NCBI GenBank assembly: GCA_036229005.1
Contig: JAZAMN010000014.1
Location: 27,179 to 91,178, forward strand
Origin: Myxococcota bacterium
GTDB taxonomy: Bacteria > Myxococcota_A > UBA796 > CAJQPC01
DNA: 64,000 nt
Direction of reading: 5' to 3'
Shown here: piece by piece, positions 8,490 through 19,796 of the stretch
Layout of the letters: the number at the start of each line of letters is the position of its first letter
Position numbering within the stretch: position 1 is the first letter of the stretch
The notes under the pieces: generated by a model
Told to the model about the DNA's origin: nothing
The model's input: the letters and a program-made list of their open reading frames with translations, nothing else
The model's database searches: none
Made by a program: the position numbers and the translations under genes

Positions 8490-8828
8490 GTGGAAGTGGT
8501 GCATCTCACGGTAGAGGTCCGCTTGAAGCTGGACAACCTGGCGACGGTCCAGGAGGTGTTGATCGGCGTGGACCAGGACCAGAGCGGTCAGGTGGAGGGG
8601 GACGAGGTCGTCCCGGTTGAGCCCGATGATGAGGGCGTGTACCGGCGGACGGTCCAGGCTGAGCCCGCGGGGAAGTACCTGGCGTGGGCCGTCTACGTCC
8701 GCGCGACGGAGGGCACGGGCATCGAGGCCACGGCGATCCTGGGCGAGCAGGAGGTCGACAAGGTCGAGACCGAGACGGGCCATAGCGGGCAGAACCTGAT
8801 CGTGCGCGTTGTCACGGTGGAGGGCTGA
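8490..8828 (+). CDS. small hypothetical protein
   Basis: 112 aa with strong GC3 bias in frame. Its stop overlaps the next start (TGATG). Confidence 0.45.
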   Translation: MEVVHLTVEVRLKLDNLATVQEVLIGVDQDQSGQVEGDEVVPVEPDDEGVYRRTVQAEPAGKYLAWAVYVRATEGTGIEATAILGEQEVDKVETETGHSGQNLIVRVVTVEG

Positions 8829-9982
8829 TGTTCCTGCTTCTGTGTAGCCTGGGCTTCGCGCAGGAGAGCTTCACGGCCACCCCTTGGTCCGGTGGGGCGC
8901 TGAGCGCGACGCCCGGGGGATCCACGCTGGAGGCTTCGCTGACGACCCGGGTCGGTGGGCCCGCGACCGCAGCCAGCTTCGGGGCGTCCCTCCCGGCCGG
9001 GGTCCTCTCGGGGGATCCGTCTGGAGAGACGCGGTTGAACGCCAGCTTTGCGCTCGCGAACACCCGCAGTCTCCAGTACGAGTTCGAGGCGCTGGTCCTT
9101 GAGCGCCTGGAGGCCCAGGGGCAGGCGCTGGATGCCGAGCTGGGCTTTGACGACGCCATCAACACACACGCCGCCTTCTGCCACGTCGCCACCGCCCAGG
9201 GCGTGGAGATCCTCCCCCAGGGCTCCTCGGTCAGCGACGTGGTGAGCGTCGGCAAGGCGCTGGCGGCGCAGGCCATGGCGGAGCTGGAAGGGGATGGAAG
9301 CGGCCGATCCTGGACCGACCGGGTGGACGCGGCGATCCAGGAGGCGGAGCGGCTCCGGGATGCTGACGGAGAAGGCGTAGCCATCAACGGGCAGTGCACG
9401 GCGGTGGCCTCCGACCGCTACTTTGACGAGGTGATCGACTTCCTGCAGGAGTCCAAGTCGATCGCGCTGGAGGGGCTCGTGTTGGGGACTCCGGACAGCC
9501 TGCCCATCCAGAACGTCGCCCTGCGGAGCTGGAAGCGCCCGCTGTACCGCCTGGACTTTCAGGGGAGCTACGCAGGAGTCAGCGCCCAGGAGAACGAGCA
9601 GAGCACCTACGCGCACAGCGCCGCTGGACTCGGCCTCTCGGGGTCGATGTACCTGCCCGCAGGCTTCGTGGCTGCCTTGGGGGCCCAGTGGACGCCGGGC
9701 TTTGGTGCGGGCTTCGAGCCCAGGGGCGCGGAGCTCCAGCTCGCGGCGGCCTACGTCAGCGAGAAGAAGGGCAACAACTACTTTGCGGTGGAGGGGCAGC
9801 TCAAGGGGACCTTGGAGCCCGATGCCTTGGGGTGGGCAGCCCAGCTCACGGGGTCCGTGCGGCCGTTGGACGGGGGCGTGGGCATCGCAGCGGGGGTGCA
9901 GTTGAACCCCGCGGGTGACACCCTGCTGCTGCCCATCGTCGCGCTGACCGGTGAGCTCCCCAGCCTGTTCTCGGAGGGCTGA
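8828..9982 (+). CDS. secreted hypothetical protein
   Basis: 384 aa with a short signal peptide MFLLLCSLGFAQE. The C-terminal part is rich in Gly/Ala beta-like segments. Confidence 0.55.
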   Translation: MFLLLCSLGFAQESFTATPWSGGALSATPGGSTLEASLTTRVGGPATAASFGASLPAGVLSGDPSGETRLNASFALANTRSLQYEFEALVLERLEAQGQALDAELGFDDAINTHAAFCHVATAQGVEILPQGSSVSDVVSVGKALAAQAMAELEGDGSGRSWTDRVDAAIQEAERLRDADGEGVAINGQCTAVASDRYFDEVIDFLQESKSIALEGLVLGTPDSLPIQNVALRSWKRPLYRLDFQGSYAGVSAQENEQSTYAHSAAGLGLSGSMYLPAGFVAALGAQWTPGFGAGFEPRGAELQLAAAYVSEKKGNNYFAVEGQLKGTLEPDALGWAAQLTGSVRPLDGGVGIAAGVQLNPAGDTLLLPIVALTGELPSLFSEG

Positions 9983-9999
9983 GGGGGCGCTCTGCCCCC
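9983..9999 (+). terminator. GC hairpin right after the stop codon (GGGGGC-gctct-GCCCCC)
   Basis: 6-bp perfect stem with a 5-nt loop, read directly. No U-tract. Confidence 0.3.
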
Positions 10000-10031
10000 G
10001 TCACTCCGTCGCTCACCCCTCGTCACCCCGC
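9999..10031 (+). promoter_or_regulatory. three 11-bp-phased direct repeats containing TCAC (Pho-box-like)
   Basis: CGTCACTCCGT / CGCTCACCCCT / CGTCACCCCGC, ending 48 nt upstream of the alkaline phosphatase ATG. Confidence 0.3.
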
Positions 10032-10078
10032 CGTGGCCCTGCATCCGATAGGGATCCTTCCCCCCCGGCGAGGTCCCC

Positions 10079-12298
10079 ATGTTGCCCACCCTCCTGCTCT
10101 TCCTCGGCTGCCCCAAGACCCCTGAGCCCTCCGCGGTCGAGGTCGTCGTCCCCCTGGAGCCCGAGGCTCCGGCCCAGCCCCAGTCCGTCATCCTGTTCAT
10201 CGGCGATGGCATGGGCCCCGGCCAGGTCGGGCTGCTGCAGCTCTTCGCCCAGCGCGCCGCCGAGGGCAGCTACGCCTACCCGGAGACGGCGTTCGACCGG
10301 CTCTCCGAGCAGGGGCACGTGGGCATCTCCCAGACCTCCCCCCACGACCGCCTGGTGGTGGACTCGGCCTGCAGCGCGACCCAGCTCGCCACCGGAGAGT
10401 CCACCTTGAGCGAGGTGATCGGCGTGGGCACCCAGGGCCAGGCCCTGGAGACCGTGCTGGAGCGCGCCGAGGCCAACGGCAAGGCCACCGGGCTGGTCTC
10501 CGACACCCGGATCACCCACGCCACGCCGGCGGCCTTCGCGGCCCACGTGGGGCACCGGGATCAGGAGAACGACATCGCCGCCCAGCTCGTCCGCAGCTCG
10601 GCGGACGTGCTCTTCTCGGGAGGTATGCGCCACTTTGTGCCCACCGAGCAGGGCGGCAAGCGCACGGACGGTCAGGATCTGCTCGCGGAGGCCCAGTCCC
10701 TGGGCTTCTCGGTGATCACCGAGCGCAACGAACTCGCGGAGGCCCAGACCCCGGTGCTGGGGCTGTTCGCCAACAGCGGCATGCTGGACGGCATCTCGGA
10801 CCACGCCAGCCGCCAAGACGCTGCGCGCACCGAGCCCACCCTGCGGGAGATGAGCCAGGCCGCCGTGGAGCTGCTGGAGCAGGACCCAGACGGCTTCTTC
10901 CTGATGGTGGAGGCCGGGCAGATCGACTGGGCCGGCCACGCCAACGACCCCGGCTACCTGCTGCACGAGATGGTCAAGGCGGACGAGACCCTGCAGTACC
11001 TGGTGGACTACGCGGCGGCCCACCCCGAGGTGCTGCTGGTGGTCACCGCCGACCACGAGACGGGGGGCTTCGGGTTCGCCTACGGGCGCTCCAACATGCC
11101 CAACGAGCCTCAGGCGCTGGGCGGGGTGTTCACCGAGGAGCAGCCCTACCAGCCGAGCTGGTACTTCGGCGAGGACAGCCTGCTGGACGCGCACTACGCG
11201 CAGAGCCAGACCTACCGAGGGGTGATCGGGGACTTCAAGGCGCTGGAGGGCGGGACCCCGGCGCAGCTTGCCGAGATGGTCAACGCCATCACCCCCTTCC
11301 AGCTCAGCGTGGAGGGGGCCGAGCGTGTCCTCGCCAGCGAACCCAACCACTACCCGGTGGAGGGGCACGGCTATCTGGAGGCGGAGCAGTTCCCGGAGAT
11401 CCACGACTTCGAGGCCTTCTACCCCTTCGGACAGGACGGCCGCACCGCGCTGTTGGCCCGGGAGCTCTCCGCCCAGTCGCAGGTGGTCTGGTCCAACGGC
11501 ACCCACACGCACCTGCCGGTTCCGGTGTTCGCCATGGGCCCCAGCTCGGAGCGCTTTGACGGGCTGCTCACCCACCCGGGCGTCGGCCAGGCGCTGATGG
11601 ACGCGGTGAGCGACGCGGAGCCCGCCCGCAGCTACACGCTGGCCGGGGAGAGCGGCCCCATCACCCTGAACGCCGTCTACCACGGCAGCCTGTACCTGGA
11701 GGCGCAGGGGCAGGTGATCTGGCTGGACCCCTGGAGCAAGGGGCCTCTGGCGGGGCTGCCCGCGGCGGATCTGCTGCTGATCACGGACATCCACCCCGAC
11801 CACCTGGACGCGGCGGCCGTCGCGGCGGTCTCGGACGGGGAGACGGTGACGGTGGCGCCCCAGGCGGTGGCCGACAAGCTGGAGGGCGTGGACCACGTGC
11901 TGGCCAACGGGGAGACCCTGGAGTGGGCCGGCGTGGGGCTGCTGGCAACGCCCATGTACAACCACACCCGGGGCCCGGAGCCGGGCAAGCTCTACCACGA
12001 CAAGGGGCGGGGCAATGGCTACCTGCTGGAGGTGGACGGTCGGCGCATCTACATCGCCGGGGACACCGCCTGCACCGACGAGATGAAGGCCCTGGAGGAC
12101 ATCGATCTGGCGCTGGTGCCCATGAACCTGCCCTACACGATGACCCCCCAGGAGGCGGCGAGCTGCGTGGCGGCGTTTGCGCCCCAGGTGGTCGTGCCCT
12201 TCCACTACCGGGAGAGCAACCTGGCGCTGTTCGAGGCCGGGCTCAAGGGCAGCGGCGTGCAGGTGCAGCGGCTGGAGTTCTACCCGCCGGTGGACTGA
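10079..12298 (+). CDS. alkaline phosphatase (PhoA family) fused to a C-terminal MBL-fold domain; lipoprotein
   Basis: 739 aa. Lipobox MLPTLLLFLGC. PhoA motifs are FIGDGMG, VVDSACSATQLATG (catalytic Ser context) and THATPAAFAAH. Residues ~525-739 resemble a metallo-beta-lactamase fold (LLLITDIHPDHLD, IYIAGDT, VVVPFHY). Confidence 0.85.
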   Translation: MLPTLLLFLGCPKTPEPSAVEVVVPLEPEAPAQPQSVILFIGDGMGPGQVGLLQLFAQRAAEGSYAYPETAFDRLSEQGHVGISQTSPHDRLVVDSACSATQLATGESTLSEVIGVGTQGQALETVLERAEANGKATGLVSDTRITHATPAAFAAHVGHRDQENDIAAQLVRSSADVLFSGGMRHFVPTEQGGKRTDGQDLLAEAQSLGFSVITERNELAEAQTPVLGLFANSGMLDGISDHASRQDAARTEPTLREMSQAAVELLEQDPDGFFLMVEAGQIDWAGHANDPGYLLHEMVKADETLQYLVDYAAAHPEVLLVVTADHETGGFGFAYGRSNMPNEPQALGGVFTEEQPYQPSWYFGEDSLLDAHYAQSQTYRGVIGDFKALEGGTPAQLAEMVNAITPFQLSVEGAERVLASEPNHYPVEGHGYLEAEQFPEIHDFEAFYPFGQDGRTALLARELSAQSQVVWSNGTHTHLPVPVFAMGPSSERFDGLLTHPGVGQALMDAVSDAEPARSYTLAGESGPITLNAVYHGSLYLEAQGQVIWLDPWSKGPLAGLPAADLLLITDIHPDHLDAAAVAAVSDGETVTVAPQAVADKLEGVDHVLANGETLEWAGVGLLATPMYNHTRGPEPGKLYHDKGRGNGYLLEVDGRRIYIAGDTACTDEMKALEDIDLALVPMNLPYTMTPQEAASCVAAFAPQVVVPFHYRESNLALFEAGLKGSGVQVQRLEFYPPVD

Positions 12299-12423
12299 GC
12301 GGATGCGGGCGTTAGCGCCGGTAATCGTGGGCCAGTGGCCGGGGCGCTACGCTCCCAGAGCCGGGTTGTGGGGTGGCTGTTGTCCCTGCTCCGGTCTGTT
12401 CGACCTTGTGATGGGAGCCCCCC

Positions 12424-14292
12424 GTGCCTGAGACCCAGCCTGAGACCCTGCCCGAGACGCCCGCCCCCCAGACCTTCGCGCTGCTGATCGGCGTGGCCGA
12501 CTACAGCACGCTGGACCGCAGCACCGGGCGGCCGATGGGCCACAATGACCTCCCTGGGGCGCTCAACGACCTGCGCTCGATGGCCATGCTGGTCCGGATG
12601 ATGGAGGTCCCCGCTGCGAACATCCGGGTCCTCTCCTCTCCCCTGAGCAGCCCGGACGCGTTCGCCGCGGTGGCCAACGGGCGGGACCCGGCGATCGACA
12701 TGAACATGGCCCAGGCCCAGTTCGGCCCGGCCACCCACGACGCCATCCTGGAGGGCCTGGACTGGCTCAGCGCGCAGCTCCAGGCGCCCAACACGCAGGG
12801 GGTGGTCTACTTCTCGGGGCACTCCGTGGTGAGCACCAGTGGGCACCCCGCCCTGGCGCCCTCGGACACCCGGCGCGACCTGGACGATGTGCGGGTGGTG
12901 CCCTGCAAGGACTTCGATAGCTGGATGCCGCGGACGGTCCTGGTGAGCGCGGTGGAGCAGGTGACGGGGCCCAGTGCGCAGCGCATCCAGCGCTTCATCG
13001 ACGCCCTGCTGGGGGCGCCCTTTGACGACCTGCGGACTCGAGCGCTGCAGCTCGCAGAGGCCCAGGAGCTCTCCGACGCGGAGGCTGGGGTCGAGCGCTT
13101 CATGCGGGACCTGGGCAACATGGGGGACGACGGCGGCGCCACGGGATCTGGACGCGACAAGAAGGCCGCGCAGGCGGTGAAGTTGGCGGGCCAGGTCAGC
13201 TACTCCCTGCTGGAGATCGAGTCGGTGCTCCACGGCGATGCGTTCACCGACGAAGACCCGCTGCGGGGGCTGATCTCCTTCAACCGGGCCTTCTTCCAGC
13301 GCCTGCGCAAGCTGCCGGAGACCAACCCGGTGCAGATCCTGCTGGAGACCTGCCTCCAGGAGCAGCCCGAGCGCGCGCTTGCGCCCTACTACGAGCGCGG
13401 CGAGGTGCCCCTTGCCCACGGGAACATGGCGATGCTGGCGGGCTGTCAGCTCCGGCAGGCCAGCCAGATGGCGGTGTTCGACAACCGCTGGCACGGCGCG
13501 TTCACCTGGGCGCTGGTGAGCCTGCTCAGCAAGACCACCGTCAAGCTGTACGCCGGCCATCGCAGCTTCGACGTCTCCTACGGCAAGCTCACCCAGGACA
13601 TCTCCGCGCTGCTGCGCCTGATGCGGATCGAGCAGACCCCGCTGCTCTCGGCGGCCAAGGGGGCCAAGGACTGGGAGGTGCTGGGCAAGGCGCCGGAGCG
13701 TCCCAAGCGCGAGCTGCCGCCCGTGATCAAGCCCAAGCAACTGAACGGTGGAAACACCGGGCACATCTTCCAGGTCTTGGACGCCGAAGGCGCCGCGCTG
13801 GGCTGGATGATCCGCACCCCCAACAACAGCGACGTCGTGGCCAAGGGGGTGACCTGGACCCAGAAGCGCGAGTACTGGGTCTGGAACGGCGACGTGACAC
13901 CCTGGGCCACTACGACGCTGCGCCTGGTGCGGCCGCCCGGCACCGCCACCGGGGGGCTGGCCGGCTGGATCAACATGCCTGAGGGCGTCCCCCACGCCCC
14001 TGCACACCTGTCGGCCCCAGCGGCGCCGTTCACCAACTCCGACAAGACCCCCGGTGGACCCGGCTGGAACGTGAGCTTCAAGGAGCCCGGACCGAACGTC
14101 GGGCCGATGCTGGCGCGGGTGCAGAAGAGCGGCACCACCCTGACCTGGTTCCGGGTGGGGGGCGCGCTGGGCTGGCTGGAGTTCGGGACCGGTCCGGTGG
14201 CCCCCGCGGGCCGGGAGATTGTCTGGACCTACACGGCCGCGCCGCCGTCTGATGTCACCTACGGCAGCAGCTGTGAGGACGTGATGGAGTAG
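12424..14292 (+). CDS. caspase-like (peptidase C14 family) domain protein with unknown C-terminal domain
   Basis: 622 aa, GTG start. FALLIGVADY...LPGALNDLRSM...VVYFSGHS (His133 context), then ILLETC (Cys310) followed by HGAFTWALVSLL. No signal peptide. Confidence 0.65.
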   Translation: MPETQPETLPETPAPQTFALLIGVADYSTLDRSTGRPMGHNDLPGALNDLRSMAMLVRMMEVPAANIRVLSSPLSSPDAFAAVANGRDPAIDMNMAQAQFGPATHDAILEGLDWLSAQLQAPNTQGVVYFSGHSVVSTSGHPALAPSDTRRDLDDVRVVPCKDFDSWMPRTVLVSAVEQVTGPSAQRIQRFIDALLGAPFDDLRTRALQLAEAQELSDAEAGVERFMRDLGNMGDDGGATGSGRDKKAAQAVKLAGQVSYSLLEIESVLHGDAFTDEDPLRGLISFNRAFFQRLRKLPETNPVQILLETCLQEQPERALAPYYERGEVPLAHGNMAMLAGCQLRQASQMAVFDNRWHGAFTWALVSLLSKTTVKLYAGHRSFDVSYGKLTQDISALLRLMRIEQTPLLSAAKGAKDWEVLGKAPERPKRELPPVIKPKQLNGGNTGHIFQVLDAEGAALGWMIRTPNNSDVVAKGVTWTQKREYWVWNGDVTPWATTTLRLVRPPGTATGGLAGWINMPEGVPHAPAHLSAPAAPFTNSDKTPGGPGWNVSFKEPGPNVGPMLARVQKSGTTLTWFRVGGALGWLEFGTGPVAPAGREIVWTYTAAPPSDVTYGSSCEDVME

Positions 14293-14297
14293 GGGAC

Positions 14298-16612
<2,315 letters not shown>

Positions 16613-16613
<1 letters not shown>

Positions 16614-17533
16614 CAGGGGCGGCGGATCTCGAAGCGGGGGCAGCCAAAGCGGAGCTGGCCCGAGCCGGTGCGGCGCTCCACGAGGGCCTTGGCGTCGAGC
16701 ACGCCGGCCCGCTTGAGGTGCTGGCGGGCGCGGAAGACGGCGACGTTGAACTGGTTGTCGGGGATGCGCAGGCCACGGACCAGGTCGTCCCGGTAGCGCC
16801 AGCCCCGCTCGCCCTCGGACAGCGTGGGGTCCTGGGCGTCCTCGGCGCGGGCCCGGGCCAGGGTGAGCAGCAGGTAGTGCTGGGCGCGGTGGGAGAGCTT
16901 GCGGTGGTTGCCGCGGCGGTCGCGCAGCTCCAGGGCGACGTGCTCTTCGTCCTGGGAGACCAGGAAGGTGATGCTGAGCTCGGCGAAGTGGATCTGGGTG
17001 CTCTGCACCACGGTGTCGGTGCGGACCACCGCGCCAGGCAGGTGGATCCGCCAGCTCCGGCCGCCGGCCTCCACGACCTCGCCCACCTGGAGGGGGCGGA
17101 CCTCCATCTCGCGCTCCAGGCAGGGGCGCCCGTCGTCGTCCAGGTAGAGCACGACCTCGGGGCTGTCGGGATCCGGCAGCACCAGCAGCTCACCGTCGGC
17201 CTCGATCCACAGCTCCCCGGAGCTCGCGGCCAGCACCGGCGCGCGATCGTCGACCAGCACCCAGGGCGACTCGGGGCTGCCGAAGGCGAGCTGTGCGCCG
17301 CGGGTCAGCAGCTCTCGGGCCCCGGACTCCAGGCGGCGGCCGCCCACATAGGTGCCGTTGCGGCTGCCCAGGTCCCGCAGCTCCCAGCCCTGCCCCTTCC
17401 ACGCCAGCATGGCGTGCATCCCGGAGACGCGGGGGTCTTCCAGGCGCAGCACGCAGGCGCGGGAGCGTCCGATGCTGGTCTCCGCTGAGAGGCGGAGTTC
17501 CTGGCCGGATTTGGGGTGTCGGAGCTTGGGCAT
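16613..17533 (-). CDS. FHA domain protein with C-terminal winged-helix (OmpR-type-like) domain
   Basis: 306 aa. FHA motifs: IGRSRACVLRLEDPRVSGMHAML...GSRNGTYV. The C-terminus reads GWRYRDDLVRGL...NVAVFRARQHLKRAG...GSGQLRF. Its stop overlaps the kinase ATG (TGATG). Confidence 0.8.
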
Positions 17534-17578
17534 CGCCCCATTTTGACACGACGCAGCCCAAGGCCCGCCTCCCCGGAC

Positions 17579-18277
17579 TCAGGGCAGGTCGAACACCAGG
17601 GCCTCCACGCCCTCCGCGCCTGCGCTGAGCGAGAGCTGCTCGGCGCCCTCGATGGCCAGGCCGTCACCCGCCTTGAGTGCGGCGCCGTTGACCTGGAGGC
17701 TGCCCTTGATCACCTGCACCCAAGCCCGGGGACCGCGCGGATCGAGCTGGGCCTGACCCTGTGCGTCCAGGAGCAGGCGGTGGAGGTCCATGTCCTGGTC
17801 GATGCGCAGCGAGCCCTCGCGGCCGGTGGGTGAGACCACCAGGCGCAGGCCCTCGCCGGGGGTGGGCTCGAAGAGCCGCTGGTCGTAGCGCGGGGCGCTG
17901 CGGGCGCTGCGGGGCAGGATCCAGATCTGGAGGAAGTGGACCTCCTCTTGGGTGGACCCGTTCATCTCCGAGTGCTGGATGCCGCGGCCGGCGCTCATGA
18001 GCTGCACCTCGCCGGGGCGGATGACCGAGCCGTTGCCCAGGGTGTCCTTGTGCTCCAGGGCGCCGGAGATCACGTAGGACAGGATCTCCATGCTCTGGTG
18101 GTGGTGGGGCAGGAAGCCCCGACCGGGGGCCACCTTGTCCTCGTTGATCACCCGCAGCGGGCCAAAGCCCATGTGCCGGCGGTCGTAGTAGTGGGCGAAC
18201 GAGAAGCTGTGCTGGCTGTAGAGCCAGCCGTGGTTTGCCTGGCCGCGGGCGGCGGCGGGGCGGATCTCCATCTGCAT
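17579..18277 (-). CDS. pirin family protein
   Basis: 232 aa with the cupin metal motif GFLPHHHQSMEILSYVISGALEH and typical pirin layout. Confidence 0.9.
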   Translation of the reverse strand: MQMEIRPAAARGQANHGWLYSQHSFSFAHYYDRRHMGFGPLRVINEDKVAPGRGFLPHHHQSMEILSYVISGALEHKDTLGNGSVIRPGEVQLMSAGRGIQHSEMNGSTQEEVHFLQIWILPRSARSAPRYDQRLFEPTPGEGLRLVVSPTGREGSLRIDQDMDLHRLLLDAQGQAQLDPRGPRAWVQVIKGSLQVNGAALKAGDGLAIEGAEQLSLSAGAEGVEALVFDLP

Positions 18278-18322
18278 GGGAGCCTCCTTTCGGAACCCAG
18301 CCTAGGCCCGGGGAAGCGCCGC

Positions 18323-18352
18323 AACAATCGGAGCCAATCAGAATTGATTGTT
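18323..18352. promoter_or_regulatory. AT-rich palindrome CAATCA-gaat-TGATTG nested in AACAATC...GATTGTT, upstream of pirin
   Basis: Read directly: core at 18335-18350, outer arms at 18323-18329 and 18346-18352. Lies 46-75 nt upstream of the pirin ATG (18277). Confidence 0.25.
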
Positions 18353-18407
18353 CCAGAAGCTGCCACCACACTCCGGGCGCCAGTCACCAGCCGCCGGCCA
18401 CCAGCGC

Positions 18408-19133
18408 TCAGAACTCCACGCCGCAGTGCCCCTCCCCATCGACATGCCCGACGGTCTGGGTCAGGTGCCGCACGAACGCCGCGAGGTCCTCGACCTCCGA
18501 GTACTGGCCGACGCTGTAGCCCAGCGGCGCCAGGGAGACGGCCTCCAGCTCGTCCAGGGTCACGCTCCCGTCGGCGTCGGCGTCGGCGTTCACGATGGGC
18601 CAGCCCTGCAGCACGGCGTCGTCGGCCTCCAGGGCGTCGTAGAACAGGTGGTCGCCGTGGACGGTCAGCTCCGTGGTGACCTCGCCGGCGGACGGGACCG
18701 TCAGGGCGTCGGGCTCACACAGGTAGGTCGTGGTGGTGGAGAAGGACCAGTCGAACGCCACGGTCTCGGCCTCCTCCCCCTCGCCGCAGCTCAGCTCACC
18801 GGCCACGTGCACGCTGTCGCTGGCGTCGGGCGCGATGACGAAGCGGGCCGTGGTGTAGGTGCCGGCGGGGACCTCCACGCTGCCCAGGTCGTGCGGGCCG
18901 ACGGGCACCAGGTCCACCCGCGCGGGCTCCAGGTCGGCCACCGCGTCGCCGTTCCCGTCCAGGAGCTGGCCCTCGGTGATCTCCACCTCGAAGCTGGAGA
19001 AGGTGACCGAGCAGCCGTCGCTGAACTCCGCCGCGGGGATGCCGGTCTCGATGTAGTCCTCGCCCCAGGTGTCCACGGTCCAGGTGCCGGTGCTGCAGGC
19101 GATCAGCGAAAAGATGAGGGAGAAGGAGGGCAT
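18408..19133 (-). CDS. lipoprotein, function unknown (EF-hand-like DADADGSVTLDELE; C-terminal HVDGEGHCGVEF)
   Basis: 241 aa with lipobox MPSFSLIFSLIAC. Directly abuts the upstream gene. Confidence 0.6.
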   Translation of the reverse strand: MPSFSLIFSLIACSTGTWTVDTWGEDYIETGIPAAEFSDGCSVTFSSFEVEITEGQLLDGNGDAVADLEPARVDLVPVGPHDLGSVEVPAGTYTTARFVIAPDASDSVHVAGELSCGEGEEAETVAFDWSFSTTTTYLCEPDALTVPSAGEVTTELTVHGDHLFYDALEADDAVLQGWPIVNADADADGSVTLDELEAVSLAPLGYSVGQYSEVEDLAAFVRHLTQTVGHVDGEGHCGVEF

Positions 19134-19796
19134 TCAGGGCTCCAGGGTCAGGCTGTAGGTGGGGGTGCTCAGGGCACCGAATGAGAAGCTGTTCTCGACG
19201 CCGTCGTCCGCTGCGGTGAGCAGGCCGTCGTCGTCGCTGTCCGCGCTCAGGTCCACCCAGGACAGGGCGTGGGCGGGGTCGAGGGAGAGGACCAGGGCGC
19301 TGGGGGGATCCGTGCTCACCACCTGGGCCTCCAGGGGCAGCCCGGTCACCTCGGCATCGCTCTCGACAGCGAGGTCAAAGGGATGCAGCGCGCCGTCCAG
19401 CTCGGCGACGCCCTGGAGGCGCAGGGTCCCGGCCAGCTCCAGGCGTCCGGTGGCCAGCTCCCCCTCGTAGAGCTGCAGCGTGCCCAGGTCCTGGTCGCTG
19501 AGCAGGTCCAGCTCCCACTCCCCCAGCAGCTCGCCCAGCACGCCGCCCGCGCTCTCGTGGCCGGGGTGCGCGTGGGCGACGGAGATGGGGGAGAGGTGCC
19601 GCAGCAGGGCGCTCCCGGTGTCCTGGGTGCTGCTGGCGGGGGACTCCAGGCGCAGGCTGCCGATGGTCCAGGTGGCCTGCTCCAGGGTGGCGGTGCCGCC
19701 GTCCTCCAGGGTGAGCGCGGCGGGGGAGGCCTCAAAGCGCGCGGGCAGCGCCAGCAGGTCGCGGTCGGGCACGCAGGCCAGCATCCAGAGCCACAT
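19134..19796 (-). CDS. lipoprotein with His-rich motif (SVAHAHPGHES)
   Basis: Internal ATG (19794-19796) of track ORF 19134..20921 gives MWLWMLAC (lipobox). It overlaps the receptor stop by 1 nt. Confidence 0.6.
   Translation of the reverse strand: MWLWMLACVPDRDLLALPARFEASPAALTLEDGGTATLEQATWTIGSLRLESPASSTQDTGSALLRHLSPISVAHAHPGHESAGGVLGELLGEWELDLLSDQDLGTLQLYEGELATGRLELAGTLRLQGVAELDGALHPFDLAVESDAEVTGLPLEAQVVSTDPPSALVLSLDPAHALSWVDLSADSDDDGLLTAADDGVENSFSFGALSTPTYSLTLEP

Noticed and set aside
12424-14292. Caspase-like gene as part of a gasdermin or CHAT/CRISPR-type defence operon.
   Set aside because: No gasdermin-like, NLR/STAND, Cas or other defence gene is co-oriented next to it. The flanks are a phosphatase gene and a convergent kinase. 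Only the unusual protein architecture is reported.
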